This document shows positions 19,080 to 25,996 of a stretch of DNA of 64,000 nucleotides, one piece after another. The DNA is from a virus. Each line of letters starts with the position of its first letter. Position 1 is the first letter of the stretch. The stretch is from IMG/VR virus record IMGVR_UViG_3300044695_004134, positions 64,001 to 128,000 of that record; one strand, written 5' to 3'. A model generated the notes under the pieces. That model ran no database searches. It saw nothing but the letters and a program-made list of their open reading frames with translations, and was not told where the DNA came from. The position numbers and the translations under genes are program-made.

Positions 19080-19297
19080 CATTCAACTCCAAAATGTTTC
19101 TTTACGTCTGCAATACACCTACGGACTTCCATGTCCTCACGGTTCAAATCACCCATGAATCGTTTTTGAAGGACGGAGATAGTTTCTTTAGCAATCAACT
19201 CGGCGAACTTTTCAGTAAATGTAGTTTGCCAAACTCCAGGTCCCCAGCCTTCGGCCAAAGCAGCCTCTCTAGCAAGTTTTTGAATTCGTTCGTTCAT
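19079..19297 (-). CDS. MNERI...HFGVEE family paralogue 3
   Basis: MNERIQKLA / EKFAELIAKE / KHFGVE. Confidence 0.8.
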   Translation of the reverse strand: MNERIQKLAREAALAEGWGPGVWQTTFTEKFAELIAKETISVLQKRFMGDLNREDMEVRRCIADVKKHFGVE

Positions 19298-19509
19298 TCT
19301 TCAACTCCGAAATGTTGTTTAATTGATGTTTTGATGTTTTCTGCTTTGACAGACTGTCCCATATCATACTGGTCATATTCATCATCGTTGGATTCGTGCT
19401 CACATTGTTTTATACATTCACGCACAATCAACTCGGCGAACTTGTTAGAATCAAAACCACATTCAGTTTCTGATTGTTTCATTAGTTCTTTTAATAAAAT
19501 GTAGTTCAT
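19294..19509 (-). CDS. MNERI...HFGVEE family paralogue 4
   Basis: KFAELIVREC / IKQHFGVEE. Confidence 0.8.
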   Translation of the reverse strand: MNYILLKELMKQSETECGFDSNKFAELIVRECIKQCEHESNDDEYDQYDMGQSVKAENIKTSIKQHFGVEE

Positions 19510-19778
19510 TCTTCAACTCCAAAATGTTTTTCAATCACGGCTATATTATCAACACATTGCATTGAGCAAATTTCATATTCCCCAGCCAACTGCCAATTGG
19601 CTTCTGTCGAATACAATTCAGAGAATCTTTCCGATTCGTTAAATAATACATCTCCACATTCGTGAATAATCGAGAGAGCGAATTTCTCTTTATCAAAAGT
19701 CACACGGTCAAAGCCATTATCCACACCATACTCAATGGTGGTAGCCTGTTCAATAAGTTCTTGTATTCGTTCGTTCAT
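19506..19778 (-). CDS. MNERI...HFGVEE family paralogue 5
   Basis: MNERIQELIEQA / EKFALSIIHEC / KHFGVEE. Confidence 0.8.
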   Translation of the reverse strand: MNERIQELIEQATTIEYGVDNGFDRVTFDKEKFALSIIHECGDVLFNESERFSELYSTEANWQLAGEYEICSMQCVDNIAVIEKHFGVEE

Positions 19779-19789
19779 AATAATCTCCA

Positions 19790-20008
19790 TCAATATGGAT
19801 ATGCGGAGAAAGTTTTTGCATCTTCCAGAAGGCAGTATGATGCACGGTTCAAGAATGAATCATTCTTTCGATGGGAACGTGGACCACGGTAACGGATTTT
19901 GTATTTACCAGGGTAATACGACCGAAACTCATTCAGAAGATGAATTGGTATGTTAGTGAACACTGCGGCAGTATCTCTCCGTGACCAGAAACGGAAAACT
20001 TCATGCGC
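19790..20008 (-). CDS. Hypothetical protein
   Basis: GGAG RBS; IRYRGPR motif; start approximate. Confidence 0.6.
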   Translation of the reverse strand, partial: AHEVFRFWSRRDTAAVFTNIPIHLLNEFRSYYPGKYKIRYRGPRSHRKNDSFLNRASYCLLEDAKTFSAYPY

Positions 20009-20143
20009 CATAATAATTCTCCATTTCAAATTTAGTAAAGTTTACATATTCTTGAGCATCAGAGAGAGTATAGAATGCTTCAAGAAAAGTACCAGAATAG
20101 AATACTTCATAGAAGATATCGAATTTTTTAGAGATATTAAACA

Positions 20144-20329
20144 TTATTCTTCCTCCTTCAGAGCAAACATTTTAGCACCTTCGTCCATAAAGACAGAAAA
20201 CGCTTCCATAGTCTTTTCAGAATAGACCATACGACCATGTTTCTGGATGTCCTGTAGGACTTCAAGAAAACCAATAGAGAGAAAATTCCGTTCCTTTTCG
20301 AGAATGGAGATAGCAGTAGTAATTTTCAT
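20144..20329 (-). CDS. Hypothetical protein
   Basis: GAGG RBS before MKITTA; start approximate. Confidence 0.6.
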   Translation of the reverse strand: MKITTAISILEKERNFLSIGFLEVLQDIQKHGRMVYSEKTMEAFSVFMDEGAKMFALKEEE

Positions 20330-20530
20330 ATTAAACCTCATAAACAGTTTGTTCAAGACGGGGATAAACCGCTTGAAATGTCATTCCTTTAGTATTAGAA
20401 TAACGGAGTTTCAAGAATGCACGAACCTTAGAAACTGATTCAAAATAACCAGTAGCTTCAATGAATGAACCGTCAAAATAAACAGAGTATTGTTTCATAA
20501 AAAAGTCCTTGTTGCGAGTTGATATAGTGT

Positions 20531-20596
20531 ATTATACACGATCCGTAGAGAATGGCAACCTACTAGAAAAGTTCTCCATCCGTCCGGTCAAGTATT
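20531..20596 (-). promoter_or_regulatory. Early promoter TTGCCA-16-TATAAT with a type-B operator
   Basis: -10 at 20531-36, -35 at 20553-58, AGTTCTCCATC-N5-GGTCAAGTATT at 20570-96. Confidence 0.75.
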
Positions 20597-20724
20597 GAGA
20601 AATAAGAATTTGAATAGATGGTAAAATATGGGAATTATAAAGATTGTCCACATGAATACAAAAAGAATAATGAAAATCCACTTGAACAGAGTGAGTATAA
20701 AGCCAAAAAAATCAAACATTTAAA

Positions 20725-20928
20725 TCACCTCTTATAGTGAACCGGACGCTCATAACGACCTTCAGAGTCTCGATAAACGGAGACATAATGACCGTGCTTT
20801 GAACCATCATCGAAAGTGTAAGAGAAGGTAGAATTATAGGAGAGTGGAGGGAAATTCAGTGCCCATGATTCCAATAATCCTTCAGATTCAAGAGCAGAAT
20901 TGAGGGTGGGAAAGAAGTTTTGTTTCAT
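20725..20928 (-). CDS. Hypothetical protein
   Basis: VSVYRDSEGRYERPVHY; coupled ORF. Confidence 0.7.
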   Translation of the reverse strand: MKQNFFPTLNSALESEGLLESWALNFPPLSYNSTFSYTFDDGSKHGHYVSVYRDSEGRYERPVHYKR

Positions 20929-21164
20929 ACGAATAAATCTCCATAATATTCTTCATCAAAAGAATCAAAATCTTTTTGTATCCATTCAATAGTATAACCA
21001 GAAGAAGAATACTCAGAAGCCATTTTCTCCAACTCAGCAAGAGCCATAGAGGGAGAAAGTTTTCCAGAAGCCATCAGAGACAGGTTGGAGCAATGCATAA
21101 AGTTATTGGAATCTTTATGTGCGGAGACCTGAATGAATCGCTTGGGTGTGTTTGTGTGTGTCAT
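20925..21164 (-). CDS. Hypothetical protein, probably leaderless
   Basis: The ATG at 21164 lies 7 nt below the TATAAT at 21172-77. Confidence 0.6.
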   Translation of the reverse strand: MTHTNTPKRFIQVSAHKDSNNFMHCSNLSLMASGKLSPSMALAELEKMASEYSSSGYTIEWIQKDFDSFDEEYYGDLFV

Positions 21165-21171
21165 GGATGGT

Positions 21172-21233
21172 ATTATAGCGGTACTGGTAGGAATGGCAAT
21201 AGCATAGTTAACGGGTGTGACGAAAATACAACA
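21172..21233 (-). promoter_or_regulatory. Early promoter TTGCCA-16-TATAAT with TGTGA-N8-CAACA operator
   Basis: -35 at 21194-99, operator at 21216-33. Confidence 0.75.
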
Positions 21234-21278
21234 TGGAACATTGGAACGTGTTGGATGACCAATATGCAATATAGTGCA

Positions 21279-21321
21279 TGTGGAGAAAGGTGTTGAGAAC
21301 CTGTGGATAAACTGTGGATAA
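21279..21321. promoter_or_regulatory. Tandem DnaA-box array
   Basis: TGTGGATAA (reverse complement of TTATCCACA) at 21302 and 21313; degenerate TGTGGAGAA at 21279 and TGTTGAGAA at 21291. Confidence 0.65.
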
Positions 21322-21328
21322 CTTTTGG

Positions 21329-21480
21329 GTGTCGCTGTATGTGTCGCAGGGTGTCGTGGGTGTTGGGTTGCTATTTAGTCTTAGTGTCTGGCTCTGAAAC
21401 GCCTGAAAATTTCACAGAGTGTCTCAGAGGTGACAGCACGTTTCCGCACGTTCCAGTGGGTTCCAGTGGGTTCCAGCACG
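21329..21480. repeat. Helically phased short direct repeats (GTGTCG x3; TTCCAGTGGG-type decamers)
   Basis: GTGTCG at 21329, 21341, 21351; decamers at 21431-21480. Confidence 0.75.
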
Positions 21481-21556
21481 GTTTGGAATGTTTTGCTCTG
21501 TGTGGGTGTCAGAATGTCTCAGAGTGGTGCTGGACGCCCATTGAAAAACCATCAGG

Positions 21557-21592
21557 CAGCCTCTACGTCCACCCCCAGTCTTGCTGTTCGAA
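21557..21592 (-). repeat. G-rich ~35-nt element, copy 1 (candidate ncRNA 5' end)
   Basis: TTCGAACAGCAAGACTGGGGGTGGACGTAGAGGCTG; near-identical to 23637-23670. Confidence 0.75.
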
Positions 21593-21603
21593 CCAATGGA
21601 TCC

Positions 21604-21658
21604 ATTGTACTCTAAAAAAGACCACCTGGCAACCACCAGGTGTCTCATCTACGCAACA
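21604..21658 (-). promoter_or_regulatory. Promoter TTGCCA-17-TACAAT with TGTTG-N8-AGACA operator, firing into non-coding DNA
   Basis: -10 at 21604-09, -35 at 21627-32, operator at 21641-58. Confidence 0.7.
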
Positions 21659-21883
21659 TCACTCCTCTTCGGAGAATCCTTCAATCAGCACTATCTGGTC
21701 CTCATAGTAGGACCTTTCCTCCTCCATGCACAGGTTACCCTCGACCTCGAACACCAGGTCCGTGGCCATCCTTTCGCCACAACCAGTGGAGGTCATCACG
21801 AATTTGATAATATCCTCGAATGCATCGCCATTGGTGATGCATGATTCAATATCGATAATCAAGTCTTTAAATTTGCTCATCAT
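21659..21883 (-). CDS. Small acidic hypothetical protein
   Basis: AAGG RBS; D/E-rich. Confidence 0.65.
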   Translation of the reverse strand: MMSKFKDLIIDIESCITNGDAFEDIIKFVMTSTGCGERMATDLVFEVEGNLCMEEERSYYEDQIVLIEGFSEEE

Positions 21884-22017
21884 CAACCTTTCAATTTAGT
21901 GTATACTGTACGGGCGGTGAATGTAATATCAGGAATGCGGTGCTCACGCCGTGCCAACCAATTCACCATATACTTCCAACCAAATGCTTGTGTGTTCGTC
22001 ATAATATCTCCTTTAAA

Positions 22018-22899
22018 TTAACCGCAGATGGTGTATTCTGCAAGGTCTTTCCACTTGGCACCAGCAGACTTGCGGATTTTAGTGGTCTGGATGAGTGTAC
22101 GGAGTGACAATTCTTTCACCTCATCTTGGAGGTTGTCAATCAGGTCCAGAGCATCGGACTTTTCAGTCTTTGAATACTCTGGCATAAACTCAGGAAGGGA
22201 CACCAGGTGGCGCATACGCTCCACTTTTTGCTCGGTTGTCATTGTCAGGTCAACAGCCATGGAACGGGTGATGATGGCTTGGTCCATCGAATCGGAGGAC
22301 AGGTTAGAGATAAACACCACCCGGCCCTTGAATTCAAAGGATTGTGGGAGTTCGTCATCCTTCATGTCTGCACGCCATGAAATCACACGGCGGGAGTAGG
22401 AGTCCAATGCACCTTTGAGCAGGTTCAAGGACACTGGATCCTTCAGCACGGAATCGCAGTCGTCAAAAACAACCACGCCGTCCTTGTTTTCATACAGTGT
22501 ACGGTACAGGCCTTTTGGAGTGGAGTAGCCCTTGATAACACGGTAGGACTTGGTGGTGTTGATTTTGCCACCGACCTCGAATTCATCCAGGAGGGTAACG
22601 TCCTTCATGCCGGCATCATTCAGTGCCTTGGTGACGGTGTGGGACTTGCCAAGGCCACCGGGACCAGATACAACCACCGAGGACTGGTCACCTTTCACCA
22701 ACATGGCGACCATGTCAGACACGAAACCGAACCGCTGGTTGATGGTGAAGCGGGACTCCTTCACATTGACAGGAGCACCACCGGTGGCACCTGTAGCCTT
22801 GCGGATCACATAGTCCATGTGTTCCTTTTTGGCACGCTTGACCACCTTGCCGTTGATGTTGGCCACGTATTTGCCACCTACGAACTTGACTTCAATCAT
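22018..22899 (-). CDS. P-loop ATPase of unknown function
   Basis: GPGGLGKSH, VVVFDDCD, VFISN, AIITRS. Confidence 0.8.
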   Translation of the reverse strand: MIEVKFVGGKYVANINGKVVKRAKKEHMDYVIRKATGATGGAPVNVKESRFTINQRFGFVSDMVAMLVKGDQSSVVVSGPGGLGKSHTVTKALNDAGMKDVTLLDEFEVGGKINTTKSYRVIKGYSTPKGLYRTLYENKDGVVVFDDCDSVLKDPVSLNLLKGALDSYSRRVISWRADMKDDELPQSFEFKGRVVFISNLSSDSMDQAIITRSMAVDLTMTTEQKVERMRHLVSLPEFMPEYSKTEKSDALDLIDNLQDEVKELSLRTLIQTTKIRKSAGAKWKDLAEYTICG

Positions 22900-22927
22900 A
22901 ATTTCCTTTTTTCTTTACAATGGTTGG

Positions 22928-22979
22928 ATTATACAGGTACCACTTAGAATGGCAACCAATACTTGACCGGACAGGTCAA
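22928..22979 (-). promoter_or_regulatory. Promoter TTGCCA-16-TATAAT with TTGACC-N5-GGTCAA operator
   Basis: -35 at 22950-55, operator core at 22963-79. Confidence 0.8.
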
Positions 22980-23263
22980 CATTCAGGGTCAAAATCCGCC
23001 CACTCTTGGGCTTCGTCCGGCTGACCGTCATCCTCATCCTCGGACTCCATCTCATCCTCGGTGAGACCTTCCACGAAGGTGTCTTCCTCGGTCAAGGAAT
23101 CCACGTAGTCGTTAAAGGAGCACCGGTATGCCACCGGGTCGACCTCACGCAGGACCTCGGAAGCGGAATAGGTCATACCGCACAGTTCCACCGGACCTTC
23201 ACAGTCGTCCAGCATCTCATCAAACCATGCATAGGCGGTGCGCTCAGATATTAAACGGGACAT
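22976..23263 (-). CDS. Highly acidic small protein
   Basis: About 31 D/E against 4 R and 0 K in 95 aa. Confidence 0.75.
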   Translation of the reverse strand: MSRLISERTAYAWFDEMLDDCEGPVELCGMTYSASEVLREVDPVAYRCSFNDYVDSLTEEDTFVEGLTEDEMESEDEDDGQPDEAQEWADFDPEC

Positions 23264-23295
23264 TTTCTTTCCTTTTCTTTCACAATATGGATTGG

Positions 23296-23347
23296 ATTAT
23301 ACAGGTTTCGGTAGGTTTGTCAACCAATACTTGACCGGATTGGTCAA
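23296..23347 (-). promoter_or_regulatory. Promoter TTGACA-16-TATAAT with TTGACC-N5-GGTCAA operator
   Basis: -35 at 23318-23, operator core at 23331-47. Confidence 0.8.
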
Positions 23348-23553
23348 GAATCGAATTCGCAGGATTGAGTGTTGTACAGGTACAACGCCTCGCCCTCATT
23401 CAGGATGGCCGCCACTTCCATGGCTTCCTGTTCGGAATCAAATGATTCTATGGAGGTGCCCATGCGGACACCATTCACCAGTGGAGACCAGCGGACCACA
23501 CGGAAGTCCATGGTTTTGTCGTGGTATTCGGCGGTGTAGGTTTTGTTCATCAT
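23344..23553 (-). CDS. Hypothetical protein, probably leaderless
   Basis: The ATG at 23553 is 7 nt below TAGAAT (23561-66) of a TTGCCA promoter. Confidence 0.6.
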   Translation of the reverse strand: MMNKTYTAEYHDKTMDFRVVRWSPLVNGVRMGTSIESFDSEQEAMEVAAILNEGEALYLYNTQSCEFDS

Positions 23554-23636
23554 GTCGTGGATTCTACAGGTTCCAGCAGGTTTGGCAACCATGCTTGCAA
23601 TAGTCGACCAAAATGGTGGGTTATTAATATAACGCC

Positions 23637-23670
23637 CAGCCTCCGTGTCCACCCCAGTCCTGCTTTCGAA
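23637..23670 (-). repeat. G-rich ~35-nt element, copy 2
   Basis: TTCGAAAGCAGGACTGGGGTGGACACGGAGGCTG, directly below the promoter at 23678-23705. Confidence 0.75.
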
Positions 23671-23677
23671 TAGGTCC

Positions 23678-23780
23678 ATTATACCAGAACCAGCCGGTTT
23701 GGCAAGTAACCAAATAGTTCTCCATCCTTCCGGTGGGTCATTCCGAGGATGGTTGCCATTCTCGCTGGTTCTGGTATACT
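23678..23780. promoter_or_regulatory. Back-to-back divergent promoters flanking a type-B-like operator
   Basis: Minus: TTGCCA(23700-05)-16-TATAAT. Plus: TTGCCA(23753-58)-16-TATACT. Operator at 23716-42. Confidence 0.75.
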
Positions 23781-23787
23781 CCGTTCC

Positions 23788-23988
23788 ATGATAAAATCAA
23801 TTCAACCAACCGACCGCAAGGTCCAAGCCCAATACCTGCTGGACGGTGTATTGGTTACAATTTGCAAGCCTGCCCGCCCCCGTAGGTCGGAACGGACTTG
23901 GTCGGCTGGTGCCAAGTATTCGGTTGCCAACCTTGGAGCCAAGGGTACCAACCTGCGGAATGCTGGCTTGAACCATGCCAAAGGTTGA
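23788..23988 (+). CDS. Small basic hypothetical protein, probably leaderless
   Basis: ATG 7 nt after TATACT. Confidence 0.55.
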   Translation: MIKSIQPTDRKVQAQYLLDGVLVTICKPARPRRSERTWSAGAKYSVANLGAKGTNLRNAGLNHAKG

Positions 23989-24044
23989 CCAATCCGGTCA
24001 AGTATTCCAAGGATGGTTGCCATTCCCGCTGGTTCTGGTATAAT
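23985..24044 (+). promoter_or_regulatory. Promoter TTGCCA-16-TATAAT with TTGACC-N5-GGTCAA operator
   Basis: Operator at 23985-24001, -35 at 24017-22, -10 at 24039-44. Confidence 0.8.
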
Positions 24045-24074
24045 ACAGTCATACAATCAAGCAAAGGTCAAAAA

Positions 24075-24824
24075 ATGAATTTACTCTCCACTGGCAACCC
24101 TAAGGTCCTCAAAGGCATGGCTCAGGGTTACAATACCTACATCCTGCACCTCGCTCCAGCCGACCTGTCCGGTTATGAGACCTGCGCCAAGCGGACCAAA
24201 GGTTGCACGGTGGCATGCCTGAACCTCGCAGGACGTGGTGGCATGTTCAAAAAAGGTGAAACCACCAACGTTATCCAGCAGGCTCGAATCCGCAAAACCA
24301 AAATGTTTTTCCAAGACCGTGAGATATTCATGAGCCTTTTGGTCAAAGATATTGAATTGGCTATTAAACAATCCGCCAAAATCAATATGGTCCCAGTGAT
24401 TCGCCTTAATGGCACTTCGGACCTGGCCTTTGAAAAGTATGCCGCAGTCCGTAATGGTGTGGAATATAAAAACATTTTCATGGCATTCCCTGAATTACAA
24501 TTCTATGATTATACCAAGATTCTCGGCCGCAAAATCGCCGATTATCCAAACTATTCTCTGACATTCTCGGCAGCCGATGGTAATGATACGGACGTAGCCA
24601 AGGCAATTGCCCAAGGTTATAACGTGGCAGTGGTATTCGGTATTAAGAAAACCCTCCCAATGCCTGCCGATTATCTGAGTATGCCAGTTTTTAATGGCGA
24701 TGAGTCGGACCTCCGTTTTCTGGATCCAAAAGGCTCGATTATCGGCTTATATGCCAAAGGCAAAGCCAAAAAAGATACCACTGGTTTTGTAAAATACCCC
24801 GCCATTATGATGGCATCCGTTTAA
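24075..24824 (+). CDS. GP88-like protein with a three-Cys cluster
   Basis: C-x6-C-x3-C, IRLNGTSD, FYDYTK, GDESDLRFLD motifs. Confidence 0.7.
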   Translation: MNLLSTGNPKVLKGMAQGYNTYILHLAPADLSGYETCAKRTKGCTVACLNLAGRGGMFKKGETTNVIQQARIRKTKMFFQDREIFMSLLVKDIELAIKQSAKINMVPVIRLNGTSDLAFEKYAAVRNGVEYKNIFMAFPELQFYDYTKILGRKIADYPNYSLTFSAADGNDTDVAKAIAQGYNVAVVFGIKKTLPMPADYLSMPVFNGDESDLRFLDPKGSIIGLYAKGKAKKDTTGFVKYPAIMMASV

Positions 24825-24840
24825 ACTGAAAGGAAACATT

Positions 24841-25062
24841 ATGTCCAAAATCAAGCTCCCATTTGAATGCATGGTTGGCACTGAAAATGAGGTTATAACC
24901 AATCCATTCTCAGGAGAATCCATTACATTATCTCCAGAGGCCGTGGCGGTATATGATACCATTATGGGTTGCCAAATGGTCGGTGATTATAAGAGAATGC
25001 AAAAAGGACTGGATTGGTTTCGCCGCCATTATGCCCGAGAATATATGGTCCTCCTGGATTGA
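24841..25062 (+). CDS. Hypothetical protein
   Basis: AAGGA RBS; NPFSGE and AVYDTIMG motifs. Confidence 0.75.
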   Translation: MSKIKLPFECMVGTENEVITNPFSGESITLSPEAVAVYDTIMGCQMVGDYKRMQKGLDWFRRHYAREYMVLLD

Positions 25063-25155
25063 TCCAGTACGTGGCTGGAGAACTAAGGTTCTAGGTTGCC
25101 ATTTTCACGCCCTTCCGCCATAATCCAATCCATGTTGAATTTGAAAGGAAACAAA

Positions 25156-25353
25156 ATGACAAATCAAGACTTGGCCAAGGCACTGGTGGCTGCCATTCAG
25201 GACCGCCAATTCGCCCGTGGCGAGGAACTCCACGCCGCCAACTCTTACACCGTTGGCTACCTTGAGGGTCTCATTGGTACACTCTGCCACCTCAGCCCCA
25301 AGGCTAAAAAAGAGGTTATGAGCACCTTGGTATACGTTTCGACCAACAAGTAA
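25156..25353 (+). CDS. Hypothetical protein
   Basis: AAGGA RBS; promoter TTGCCA-17-CATAAT at 25096-25124. Confidence 0.65.
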   Translation: MTNQDLAKALVAAIQDRQFARGEELHAANSYTVGYLEGLIGTLCHLSPKAKKEVMSTLVYVSTNK

Positions 25354-25365
25354 GGAGTAATACTA

Positions 25366-25596
25366 ATGACTGATTTTGAGACCAAGTGCTACGGCATGAC
25401 CGAAGCCGATATCCGGAGCCAGTACATGGGCTCCATCACCGCTAAATTCTCCGGCTTGGAGATGGTGGTCATGTCCATCCTGTCCGATTGTCAGGAACTC
25501 GGTGCCATGGGTCGGAATGAGGCAGTCCGTAAACAGTTGAACGTGGCTAAATTCATCCTCTCGGAAATGATGGATGCCCGTGGCCATTCGGTATAA
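25366..25596 (+). CDS. Hypothetical protein
   Basis: TAAGGAG RBS; MSILSDCQE motif. Confidence 0.75.
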   Translation: MTDFETKCYGMTEADIRSQYMGSITAKFSGLEMVVMSILSDCQELGAMGRNEAVRKQLNVAKFILSEMMDARGHSV

Positions 25597-25610
25597 GGAA
25601 AGGAATCATT

Positions 25611-25712
25611 ATGTTTTCAGAAAATAAGTGGGAAGACCTTGCATTCAAGGTGGTGCTGGTGCTAGGTGTGGTGGTTGTGTTGCTGGACCTGGTGTACTGG
25701 AGACCAGGTTAA
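25611..25712 (+). CDS. 33-aa single-TM peptide (not in the ORF track)
   Basis: MFSENKWEDLAFKVVLVLGVVVVLLDLVYWRPG; AAGGA RBS. Confidence 0.65.
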   Translation: MFSENKWEDLAFKVVLVLGVVVVLLDLVYWRPG

Positions 25713-25737
25713 AGGTTGGACACCAGTTGGTGGGGAG

Positions 25738-25759
25738 AGGCGCTTAGGCGCCTTTTTTT
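25738..25759 (+). terminator. Rho-independent terminator ending the plus-strand operon
   Basis: AGGCGC-TTA-GGCGCC-T7. Confidence 0.75.
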
Positions 25760-25933
25760 GCGCTTAAAAATCTGGGGCACTGTACCTTAAAGGTAATACT
25801 ATGTAAGTAATTTTGTGCTATGGCCCAAACTCTTTTTTCCCTAAATTTATTTTCTGGGGCCCCTAGCACATTTTCGAATTTTTCACTTTCACATCCCTCT
25901 GGAATTTTCTCCGGACCCCCTACACGGTTTTCG

Positions 25934-25962
25934 AAAAAAAAGGAGTCACTCTCGGACTCCTT
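25934..25962 (-). terminator. Rho-independent terminator for minus-strand genes
   Basis: AAGGAGTC-CGAGAGT-GACTCCTT followed by a T run on the minus strand. Confidence 0.7.
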
Positions 25963-25996
25963 CTATACCGTTCTACGGTTTCTCTACACTTCTCTA

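Noticed and set aside
19717-19725. Single perfect DnaA box TTATCCACA
   Set aside because: Isolated and inside a coding region, so compatible with chance.
16296-19793. Diversity-generating retroelement as the source of the paralogue variation
   Set aside because: No reverse transcriptase in the window, and the variable parts are unrelated segments rather than adenine-specific substitutions.
21431-21480. Possible CRISPR array
   Set aside because: 10-bp tandem units with no spacers and no cas genes.
21303-21707. ORFs 21303..21707 (+), 21424..21648 (-) and 21430..21615 (+)
   Set aside because: No RBS, repeat-derived composition, and they overlap promoter and operator elements.
22963-22979. FNR/CRP site interpretation of TTGACC-N5-GGTCAA
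   Set aside because: Half-site spacing (TTGA-N9-TCAA) does not fit FNR TTGAT-N4-ATCAA.
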